Source of the DNA: Octopus sinensis
Taxonomy: Eukaryota
NCBI RefSeq assembly: GCF_006345805.1
Contig: NC_043009.1
Span: 50,158,001 to 50,222,000, forward strand
Direction of reading: 5' to 3'
DNA length: 64,000 nt
Shown here: piece by piece, positions 1 to 11,310 of the stretch
How the letters are laid out: each line of letters begins with the position of its first letter
How positions within the stretch are numbered: the first letter of the stretch is position 1
The notes under the pieces: generated by a model
Database searches by the model: none
Told to the model about the DNA's origin: nothing
Seen by the model: the letters and a program-made list of their open reading frames with translations, nothing else
Made by a program: the position numbers and the translations under genes

Positions 1-321
1 TAAAAATTGAAAATTAAAACAAAAAGCAATGTTTAGAAACTAAAACCTGTAAATATATTTACAGCATGAAGTTTTTAATTTTCAACTTTGAGAATCATCA
101 TTTTTACTGGTTGAAAATTTAAATTCTTTCAATTCAAAACGGTAAGGAATTAATAGGGTTCAATAATAGTAAGCATTTCTTTTTCTACATTTCCAAAGAT
201 TTTGACTACTTCTAAAACAACAGTTTAATAATTGCCACCCATAACAAGAACAATATAAACACATAAGAGAGTTATTTTTAAATAACATATGAGCAAAATA
301 AATAAATATTAAATAAATAAT

Positions 322-731
322 AGGCACAGGAGTGGCTGTGTGGTAAGTAGCTTGCTAACCAGCCACATGGTTCCGGGTTCAGTCCCACTGCATGGCATCT
401 TGGGCAAGTGTCTTCTGCTATAGCCTTGGGCCGACCAATGCCTTATGAGTGGATTTGGTAGACAGAAACTGAAAGAAGCCTGTCGTATATATGTATATAT
501 ATATATATGTATGTGTGTGTTTGTGTGTCTGTGTTTGCCCCCCTAGCATTGCTTGACAACCGATGCTGGTGTGTTTACGTCCCCGTCACTTAGCAGTTCG
601 GCAAAAGAGACCGATAGAATAAGTACTGGGCTTACAAAGAATAAGTCCCGGGGTCGATTTGCTCGACTAACGGCGGTGCTCCAGCATGGCTGCAGTCAAA
701 TGACTGAAACAAGTAAAAGAGTAAAAGAGTA
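322..731 (+). mobile_element. tRNA-derived SINE family A (CORE-like, resembles octopus OR2), near full length, internal (TA)n(TG)n
   Basis: Head GGAGTGGCTGTGTGGTAAG..GGTTCAGTCCC, CORE-like CTTGGGCAAGTGTCTT, tail ...GACTGAAACAAGTAAAAGAGTAAAAGAG; near-identical to 10497-10923 and 31424-32092. Confidence 0.9.
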
Positions 732-900
732 AATAAATAAATAGTAATAACAATAAAAGAACCCAAATACTAAGCAAAAATATCACTACTTTAAATATAT
801 ACTGATAAACTGCAGCTCATTACAGTAGAAATCTCCCTGTACATTAAAAATACAAAGTCCTGTCTTACTTTATTGCTATCACTAAAGATTAGTAATGAGT

Positions 901-1209
901 AAAGGATAGAAGGCAAAGTTGACCCCGGTGGAATTTGAACTCAGATCATAAAGATGGATGAAATGCCACTAAGCAGTTTGTCTGGCATGCTAATGACTCT
1001 GCTAGCTCCCTGCTTTTTAATACTAATTACAATAATAATCATAATAATGGTTTGACATTTTTGCACAAGGCCAGCAATTTCGAGAGAGAGAGGTTAATTA
1101 CATCAACCTCAGTGCTCAACTGGTACTCATTTTATCAACACCTAAAAGGATGGGAACAAAGTCAGCCCTTGTGAGTTATGAACTCAGAACATAAAGAGCA
1201 ATAATAATG

Positions 1210-1253
<44 letters not shown>

Positions 1254-1672
1254 CTTTTCTACTATAGGCACAAGGTCTGAAATTTTGAGGGGAGGAAGTT
1301 AGTTGATAAAATTAACCCCAGTGCACAACTGGTACTTATTTTATTGACCCTCACCAAAGAGTGAAGGACAAAATTGACCTTGGTGGACTTCAAACTCAGA
1401 CTGCAGAGACACATGACATGCTGTTAAGCATTCTGTCTGGTTTGCTAATGATTCTGCCAGCTCATTGCCTTCGCTTAAAATTTTACAGGAAGGGGACTAG
1501 TTGATTACATCGACCCCAATATTTCACTGGTACTTAATTTATCAACCTCGAATGGATGAAAGGCAAAGTCAAGCTTGATGGAATTTGAACTCAGAACGTA
1601 AAGATGGATGAAATACTGCGAAGTATTTTGCTCGGCATGCTAACGACTCTGCCAGCTCACTGCCTTTGCCTT
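901..1672 (-). mobile_element. Four decayed, same-orientation copies of tRNA-derived SINE family B
   Basis: Repeated AAGGCAAAGT..GGAATTTGAACTCAGA..CTGCCAGCTC, the reverse complement of the young copy at 31676-31907; (AAT)n at 1200-1253. Confidence 0.85.
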
Positions 1673-2506
1673 AATAATAATAATAATGACCAAAAATATT
1701 GACTATAGTGTGTGTGTGTGTGTGTGTGTGAGAAAGAGGGGGGAAGAGAGAAAAGGGAGAGAGAGAATGAGAGTGCACGCACACATGTATGTGTGTGTGT
1801 GTGTGTTAAATTAAAAATTCGAGTTCCAAATTTTCTTTGATGTTTCAGTTATGTCCTCTTGGTAGAAGACAAAATAATACACGACATCAACTAAAGAGAA
1901 CAAATTGTTTAGGTGACAGCTAAATAATAAAGATTCTAAGCAGACACACATGCAGCGACTGAAATAGGCGAAACCTCTTCCTTACACCAACAACAATATT
2001 TTATGAGAATGAAAATCTCTCTCTTTTTTTTTCTTTTCTTGTCGTCTTTATTATTATTCAATCTACAAGACATTTCTACAATTAATGGAAGATTGGAATA
2101 GTATATTTATGAAGAATAATGCCAAGAATGTGGCTTATGTGAATCCAAAACAGCAGACTTTATTGTCATAGCAGTGTTAAATAGATTTAAGCAATAATAA
2201 CCATATCCTCATTGTAGGAAATCAGAACAACACTGCTATAACTGACAACTCGATATTTCTAAACTAAAAGCAATAGTTACAGCTTTTCTAGGTTTTAAGA
2301 CTTTTTAAAAATAATTTCAAGCATAAATATGAAGGTTCGGAGCATTCATAACTAAGTATATTTTCTTTTTACAATATTTCATTTTTTTTTTTTTCAAATG
2401 ATAGAATCTGAAATTACGTTATAGTGTGAAATAAGCCAGAAGTCTATCTGGAAAAAAAAACCTTTCTAAATTTGAGGTCATGAATACATGGGTACAGTAA
2501 GTGATT

Positions 2507-2529
2507 TCTTTATTACCCACAAGGGGCAA
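2507..2529 (-). mobile_element. 23-bp 3' tip of SINE family B with 21-bp target-site duplication
   Basis: TCTTTATTACCCACAAGGGGCAA matches the reverse complement of the tail at 31881-31907; flanked by ACATGGGTA(C/A)AGTAAGTGATT at 2486-2506 and 2530-2550. Confidence 0.75.
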
Positions 2530-5399
2530 ACATGGGTAAAGTAAGTGATTATTGAATGATAACAAGTAATGTCTTAAGATAGTTCTTGGTATTTAACCAC
2601 AGGTTATTTCTAATCAAGCGAATCTATAATCAAGAATGTTTCAACCAGAACCGTAACATTCTTTTAAATTTCAGGGTATAGTTTGTGCAATGTACCTGTC
2701 TTTATTTAATACAAATAGGATGTGATTTGAAACAGATCTAGCTGTTATGTCTGCTATATGTAAAAGGGCAAGAAACATTGCAAAAAAGATCATCATTGGC
2801 TCATTTTTGGTTAGTTGCTTGGCTAGGACAGAGATGGCTGCTGGAATGGCAATGATGATAAATGCTGTGATAAGAGGGGAAGAGAAGGAGAGGTAGAGAG
2901 CAGGTGTGGTTATAGAGCAAAAGGAAGTGCAATTCACAATCTCAATGTTAGATTTTAGAAGCATGCCCCACAACACCTTCCACCACTGATGAATACTAAA
3001 TGAAGCAGAGACAGCAATTTTAACACACACACACACACATCAAGCACTTGTACCTTATATTCACATAGACTTATTTACATATATTCATGTATCTACACAC
3101 TGCCATGCATATATTAACACATATTCACACACACACACACACACACTTCTTCATATATGCATATATTTATACAGATACGAAATATGCCAATAAAATACAA
3201 ATATAATTTCTGTCGCATAATTCGTAGCTAAAAGGATAGGCATGATAATACTATAACTTAAGTAACCATAGTGTATATTTCTTTTCTTTTCTTACTGAGA
3301 AATAAAGCTAATCCCTAGAGGCAGAGGGGTCTACAACAAACTAGCGACTAGAGACTACCATAAATTGCTGGCTGTGGTTCTGAAAATACATTCCTTATTA
3401 CCATACTACACTCTCCCCACCACTTCATCCTGTTTGTTTTTATTATTATTCATTTTATTTAATTTTCAAGATAACAAGTGAATAGTAAGTGTAAGAGAGA
3501 CGGTTCTAATATGCATGATTGCACTTTACATGCAGCTGTTTGCTGACTTGAATATCTATAAGGGATGCCACCTAGGCATTCCGCTCCACAAATTAAATAG
3601 TGTAATAGGAAAAAAGTGGGTAGGGCAGTTAATCACAGAGCCTGACCCAGCAGAAGAAGTGCTTTGTGCTGTTCATTCTTGCCAAGACGTTGCCAATGCT
3701 GTCATGTCATGCAAGGCATGACCGAAATGAACAGAACCAGCATCATAACAATTATCTCCTCAATAATGCAATTACAGACAATTTCTGTCAATTTCCATGA
3801 GAATGTATGTAAAAAGCATAGCTAACTGCAAGGAGAACATAATCATGTAGAGTTATAAAAGGCACACAGACAGCAAGACACAGACACACACACACACACA
3901 CACACACTCAGAACCAGTAAGAGGCACACCAGGAACATATGTATGACACAAGTTATATACCACCACAATACATACAATGTACAGTATGGTAATGGTTTAG
4001 AGTGATATGGAACCACAGCTGACTGGCTCAATATGCTGGTAGTAAACCAGCAGTCTCTATACACAGCATAGAGAGTACATATTCAACAATGATAGGCATA
4101 AAGTGGTGTTAGAAATCATGAAATACTATCTTTAATATATGCATATATGTATTTATGTGTGTGTGTGTGTATTACTAAGAGACGATTATGCAATCTTAAA
4201 TAACCTACAAAGACATTCTCTTCCTCTTGAAAATAAAATATATTCCAGAAAGTCAAGAATATGGAGCCAGTTGTCTTTATTATGTATCATGGAGTTCAGA
4301 GTATAATGAACTAAGCAAACAGAAAGACACTGACATGAAACATCAGTTTGTTAGTTACACATTATCTGATTGAGATCAGTGTTTTTGTCAATAGAAAACA
4401 AAATTAAATTACAAAAACAACCATGTTGACTAGTAAAAAAGAAAGTGAAAAAAAAAAAAGAAAATAAAAAAAGAGGAAATAAAAGAATGTAAGCAGTTTA
4501 GGTTTTATTGTCAGTAACAACGAATGGGAGTTCAGAAACAGCAAAGCAAGAGAATGTTATTTATCACATGTCAATAAATAAGCAAACATACAAACTATAA
4601 CAATATTATTGTATGTAAACAAAGATAACTCACTGCTAAACAAAGATAACTCACTGGAGACTGGATAAGGAAATAAAATGATGTAGAATGTGAAAACAGG
4701 CAGACTGAGTTAGTTCAGTTGGTCCAGTTGTCATTGTTGACAACAGGTTAGAACTGTCATCAGAGAACAACATATATTTTATAACAGCAGTTAGATTATT
4801 ATCATCATGAGCTAAGACTAAGTGGAGAGCGTGTAACAGATTTATGGTATAATACTGGAATCTACTAGAAAAGTCAATATAAATATCTGAGGTTATTAAT
4901 GCTATATATTTTTTGATGCTGTTGAGTCTGTTTAGGTTTCAGTATACCCTGGTCGTATCTATCATCACATTTTTTTTCAGACAGTTAAGATTACATTACT
5001 TGATGTTAGGAAGGGCATTCAGTCATAGAAACTGTGCCAAAGCAGACAACTGGACCCTAGGCAGCTCCTGTCGAATTATCAAGCCCATGCCAACATGGAA
5101 AACAGACACTAAATGAATAACCAATATGCTCATATGCTTTGTTTTTAAGACATTAGACTGCATGGTTTGAGGGAGATTTGTTTACTATTTCTAAAAGGAT
5201 GAGCAAAAGTGTATGTAGACATCCCCATTACTGTAGTTAGTGTTGTGTAAACATTTCAATGATTACAGTGTCAAAAGATATATGCTTATAGTGTTGGCCT
5301 TGAATAGGTCATGATGTGTTAGAATAGTTATATAGTTTGACTACAAATACCTTTACTGGTTTCAGTTAATTGGATTGGGCTGTACAAGAGTACCAACTT

Positions 5400-6530
5400 A
5401 AAGGTTTTAGTTGAATTAATGACCCCAGTATTTTGTATGGCACTTATTTTATCAGCCTCATAAAGGAAGAAAGCAAAGTCATAAAAGGTGTAAAGAAATG
5501 AAATACAAGATATTTTTATCCTAAGCACAGATTGATTCCATATCTATGTACATAAATGTTAAGACAGGTTTTTGCAGTTTCCCTGTGGCAAACTACACTC
5601 ATGAAGTTTGATCAACCCAAGACACTTGTCAGGATCCTGTACAGTGGGAATAAACTGAGAAACACATGGATGTAAACTGACTTCTCTAAATAGACTGCCA
5701 TTCCTAAGCCTATATAAAGCAAGATCGCCTTACAGATTGTTATTACACAACATGTCAAGTCTACAGATGCTCAGTTGAATCATTAATAGAGTATTGTTTA
5801 TTACAATCAGGATTTCCCATATAGGCTAAAGGTCATGAATTTACAGAGAAACAGAGTTGATTGAACCATCACCAGTGCTGCTATCGATTCTGAATGAATC
5901 AATGACAAAAGTGGTCTGAGGGAACAAAATTTGAACTTGGAATATCACTGGATGAGACTAAATACCAAGAGGTATTCAGTCCAACACTACCATTTAATCC
6001 AATCATTCAGTCCAACACTTGGCCATTCACTTCAGTACTACAATTCAATCCAAAATTCTTTGACTCAAAACCTCAACAATAATAAGCGCAAGACCAAGGG
6101 GGGGGGGTGATTACATTGATCCCAGTGCTTGATAACCATGTTCTTTTTTTTTTTTTTATCAATCCTGAAATGATGAAAGGCAAACAGTAACCCCTGGTGA
6201 TTTGAATCAGAAGTGTAATAACCTAAGACTGTAAGGCATTTTTTAATGCTCTATTGATTCTGCCCACTCACCTACCAGTAATAGTAATAATTACCAGTAA
6301 CAACAATAATGATATTCTCCCGTTGTAACACAAGGTCACAGTAACAATGATCTCAAGCTATGACACAAGGCCAAAGGCGCATGTTTGTATGAGAGGAGCA
6401 AAGTTGATTAAATTAATCCACAATACATGGCCAGTACTCATTCTATTGATTGAAAAACAAAGTGAAACCTAGTGGGGAGGGGAGGTTTGGACTCAGAATT
6501 CATAACAGCAAATAGTTCATTCAGTGCAAT
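5400..6530 (-). mobile_element. Cluster of old decayed SINE B fragments with one SINE A head fragment (~5570-5690)
   Basis: Degenerate matches to GACCCCAGT..TACT..TTTTATC..GAAAGGCAAA..TTTGAA blocks. Confidence 0.6.
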
Positions 6531-6934
6531 TCACTATATTCTACAGATAAACTATTGTTAAATTCCAGAAAGGGGTGGGGGAGAAAGAATCATGATATGG
6601 TAGTATAAGAAAATTGAAATCCCATATCACCAGTATAAAGGTTAAACAAAGATTTTCATGACAAATACTGGGGACCAGCCAATATGAGATCTTTCTGTTG
6701 AGAAAAGAGCTTATTCTCTTCAGCGTAAAATACATTTTTCAAACTAAAAAATATAGAGTTTTAATTAACGTGAATGAGTAATTACACACACAAGCATTTT
6801 ACACACTGATGCATATATGTATACACACACACACACACACATATGCACATCTACACACTCAATCTGGAATAACAACTTATGGTATTAATTAAAATGTCCT
6901 TTGAAACAAAATATAAAATTTAATAACATTAAAC

Positions 6935-6987
<53 letters not shown>
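6935..6987. repeat. (AGT)n microsatellite
   Basis: Perfect trinucleotide run. Confidence 0.95.
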
Positions 6988-7541
6988 AATTTTAAAATAA
7001 TTCAAACTTTTGACATTTTGTGCTTGTTAGATATTCAAATTTAGATTTGAAAATGAAAAGAAAAAGCACATGCATACATACACACAAAGCACATATACAC
7101 ATATGTTCACATGCGCACATGCACGCAGGCACAAATAAAATGGATACAAAATAAGGAAAAACTGCAACAATAAAATCAAGATGGAGGAAGCCAGTGAAAA
7201 TGTTATTATTCTGAATAAATCAATAATTCCTCAAAACCGAATGGTTTGATAATCAAATTACCAGCTTCTAATCTAAATATAAAATAGATTCTCACTTTGG
7301 AACAAATGATACCATCATACCAAGTAAGAAATTATACTGGTATCAAACATCAAATATAACAAAATCCAAAATTAGACTTTTTTTTTCCTCCTCCTTCTCA
7401 GTAGCACTTCTTTTTAAAAGAGAGAGAGCACACTCAGTTATCGTCATCCAAAGATAGCTATGTTGAAAATATTCACGTCTTAATCTGTGACTACCATCAA
7501 AATGATGTATTTTTCACCAACCTGCATTGAGGGGATTTTGA

Positions 7542-7544
<3 letters not shown>

Positions 7545-7590
<46 letters not shown>

Positions 7591-7631
7591 CATTAATAAT
7601 AATGATGATGATAATGATGATGATGATGATG
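7545..7631. repeat. Compound (ATT)n-(AAT)n-(GAT)n microsatellite
   Basis: Directly visible. Confidence 0.9.
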
Positions 7632-8040
7632 AAAAAAGAGGGAAAAAAATATACATGGTTTGGTCATAAAAGATAGCACATCAGCACACTTCATTGGTTT
7701 CAATTTGGAGTTACAAACTATTGAAATTTAATTTAATTATGTCAAAAAATGGCAGACTGTTCGTATGTCTCAACTGTTTAGTAAGTTGCATTGTTTTTGT
7801 TTTGTTTTTGCTTTGCTTTGTTGAAGTGTTGTTCAAGATTTTTTTTTTTGTTTTTCGTCTTTTTTTTTTCTTTCCATTGTTTTTGACATTCAGATATAGC
7901 GAGACATTTTCAAAGAAAGAAAAGAAAAGAAAGAACGGAAGAACAAGCAGACTACCAAAAACAATAATGTAATGAAATGAAATTATGAATAGTAGGTTTA
8001 AGGTAGTAACAAAGAGTGTGCAATGTTACATAAGGTAACT

Positions 8041-8202
8041 ACATGTGTGTGCATGTGTGTGTGTGTGTGTGTAAGTGTGTGTGTGTGTGAGAGAGAAATG
8101 TGATTGTTGCTAAGGTAATAGTTATATGTTTGTATACATACATGTGCCGCAGTACGTACGTATACAAATTTTGTGTGCTTATAGTGTGTGTATGTGTATG
8201 TA

Positions 8203-8238
<36 letters not shown>

Positions 8239-8660
8239 AAATGTGATTGTTGCTAAGGTGATAGTTATATGTTTGTATACATACATGTGTCGCAGTACGT
8301 ACGTATACAAATTTTGTGTGCTTATAGTGTGTATGTGTATGTATGTGTGTGTGTGTGTGTGGTGTGTGTGTGTGTGTGTGTGTGAGAAATGTGATTGTTG
8401 CTAAGGTGATAGTTATATGTTTGTGTACATACATGTGTCGCAGTACGTACGTATACAAAAGATTTTGTGTGCTTATAGTGTGTGTGTGTGTGTGTGTGTA
8501 AGTGTGTGTGTGTGTGTGTGTGAGAAATGTGATTGTTGCTAAGGTGATAGTTATATGTTTGTATACATACATGTGTCGTAGTACGTACGTATACAAATTT
8601 TGTGCTTATAGTGTGTATGTGTGTGTGTGTGTGTATGTGTGTGTGTGTGTGTATGTGTGT
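8041..8660. repeat. Tandem repeat, 4 copies of a ~95-bp core plus variable (GT)n spacer
   Basis: GAGAAATGTGATTGTTGCTAAGGT starts at 8093, 8236, 8384 and 8522 (periods 143, 148, 138). Confidence 0.95.
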
Positions 8661-9349
8661 AACACTTTTACTATCAGTGATTAGGTAGTTTGTGGATATG
8701 TATAATGTGAGATAGAGAACATGTAATAATAAGATAGATATTGTTTGTGTAAGCAGGAGATATAGAGTAGAGCTTATCTGAGAGTACAAGGTGGGATACA
8801 GGATGTGTAGTGTAAAATAGAGAAGTGTGTGCATGTGTGCTGTGTGTGTTGTGTGTGTGTGTGTGTGTGGCAGTTCATGGGTGTGTGATGTGATGTTTAC
8901 CATTGTTCTTTTCTGATATATATCTTACCATCTCTTTAATCTCAGTTACTTATAGTCCTCTGTCTTACTGATTTCATATAGATTACATAATACAATATAC
9001 TGTATTTGGACATTAGTAGCCATTCTAGCTATCAGCCAGCATCAAACTATATAGAAACCAGTATTCACCCATGTGTGTGTGTGTGTGTGTGTCCCTCTCA
9101 CGTGAACCAAAGACTCCATGTACATTTAGACAGCATTGATCTGTGATATTTATGGAGGTGGAGGCTGCGCCTGTTTGAACATAGTTAAGTGCCCCCAAGG
9201 TGAATCTATTGTGCATGTGTGCATGCATGCATGTGTGTGGAGTGGAGTGAAGGGTGGAAAAAATAGAACCAGTTGCCTGTCTAAGATATATAAATGAGAG
9301 ACATCCTTACTCTACAGAGGAAGACAAACAACATATTCCAATAGTTTTG

Positions 9350-9600
9350 TTATAGAAACAGTCTTTAAACATTCAGAGAATAGATGTCCACTTGTAGATG
9401 TTTAGTTCCTAGACATTCCAATCCAGCAGACCTTATGATCAAATGTACTCCAGCTGGAAAAAATAATCATTTAGTCTTTTTTTTTATGGACATAGTGAAT
9501 CTATGATTATATAATTCAATGTAGCTTTTTGTGTTTTGGATAATAGGATGTGACTGAAGAAAGGTTTCACTGCTGTATGTAATACATAGAGTTGCGTTAT
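9350..9600 (-). mobile_element. Old interspersed repeat family E (SINE-like, unclassified)
   Basis: Reverse-complement similarity to the ATCTGCTAGAAATAGCAG..GATAATGT..GGGCT..CTAAACAACAAC family at 17.3, 26.5, 33.1, 49.5 and 57.4 kb. Confidence 0.55.
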
Positions 9601-10496
9601 CAGAGTTGGCTAATAAATAGTCACTCTATATACAATGAGGCACTATTTAATTGGAAATGAAAGCGAGAAAAAGGGAGGGGGTGAGAGAAAAAGAGAGAGG
9701 GGGAGAGAGAAAGAGAGTTAGGTAGGTAGGGAGAGGATCATCTTTTGCTTGATAATAAAATAAGTTTAGTTACTCTTTATAGAAACTGGTCAACAGTAAT
9801 TTTATTATGCTCAACATGTGATAGATATAAAATGGAAATCCTAAAGAATGCTTGCAATAGTAGATAAACACTACCAGTATTGATGTCAATAAACCAAAGA
9901 TTATGTCAGCTGACAGTAAATTATTTTTGCGTTTAAAACTCTACATTCTATATTTACAAAAATCATATTCACACACACACTCATGTTACGTAAACAAGCC
10001 AAACAATGTGACTACATTGTCACTTGGCTTGCTAGAAATACCAGCTAATTTACCCCAAATCACACAGTTATAAAGTAAGGGATGCAGAAGGCAATAAAGT
10101 CACTGTCTGAAGTAAGATGGTAATAGGCGGAACACATTTCATCATAGCAATAAAATAAGTTTACAATGTTGTGCCATAAAGAATAGATACAAATGCTTTT
10201 CTAATGCACCAATGCAACATCTTTTCTGTTTATATTTTCCATCTGATTTATGTTGATAAAGAATATCGGTAGCCTACCAATTCTAGTGACTATGATGGCT
10301 GCTTTGATTGTCAGAAGACGCTAGAAATAGCTGAAAAGAAAACAACAGATATCACTCTAGATCTTTGTTCAATGGATCATCAAAGACTAAAATCTTTATC
10401 ACACAAACATAGGTTTGTTTTATATGTTTCATCTAGAACTATTATCAAATATGTTGAAAAGAAGGTAAAAAAACTATATAGATGCAAGCATGATGT

Positions 10497-10669
10497 GGAG
10501 CAGGAGTGGCTGTGTGGTAAGTAGCTTGTTTACCAGCCACATGGTTCCGGGTTCAGTCCCACTGCATGGCACCTTGGGCAAGTGTCTTCTACTATAGCCT
10601 CGGGTTGACCAAAGCCTTGTGAGTGGATTTGGCAGACGGAAACTGAAAGAAACCCGTTGTATATACGTA

Positions 10670-10700
<31 letters not shown>

Positions 10701-10923
10701 GCGTGTGTGTGTTTCTGTGTCTGTGTTTGTCCCCTTAGCATTGGTTGACAACCGATGCTGGTGTGTTTATGTCCCCATTACTTAGCGGTTCGGCAAAAGA
10801 GACCGATAGACTAAGTACTGGGCTTACAAAAGAATAAGTCCCGGGGTCGAGTTGCTCGATAAAAGGCGGTGCTCCAGCATGGCCGCAGTCAAATGACTGA
10901 AACAAGTAAAAGAGTAAAGAGTA
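10497..10923 (+). mobile_element. SINE family A, young near full-length copy
   Basis: Same head, CORE-like block, internal microsatellite and tail as 322-731. Confidence 0.9.
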
Positions 10924-11310
10924 TGACTGTGTGGGAAGAAGTTTGCTTCTCAACCACAGGGTACTGGGTTCAGTCTCACTGCATGGCAACTTGGAGCTCT
11001 GAGCCAACTAAAACCTTGTGAATGGGTTTGGTAGATTGAAAGTGGAAGAAGTTCATCTCATGAGTGTGTATGTGAGTGAGTGTGTGTGTGTGTGAGTGTG
11101 TGTGCACATGTCTTTGTCTTTATATTTGCCCACTACTGGTGTTGGTTTGTTTATGTTCCCATAGCTTAGCAGTTCAGCCAAAGAGTCTAATAGTTTAAGT
11201 ACCAAGCTTTAAAAAGTATACTCGAGTCAATTTGTGTTTGACTAGAATCCTTTAAGGCAATGCCCCACTATGGCTGCAATCCAATAATTGAAGCAAAAGA
11301 TAAAAGATAT
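10924..11310 (+). mobile_element. SINE family A, old diverged copy
   Basis: Degenerate head GACTGTGTGGGAAGAAG..GGGTTCAGTCTCACTGC, (GT)n, tail ..TATGGCTGCAATCCAATAATTGAAGCAAAAGATAAAAG. Confidence 0.75.

Noticed and set aside
2671-3036. Hydrophobic 121-aa ORF with a possible exon at ~2864-2694
   Set aside because: The acceptor comes from a generic purine-rich tract, the phase does not fit the other candidates, and no homology is recognised. Unresolved rather than excluded.
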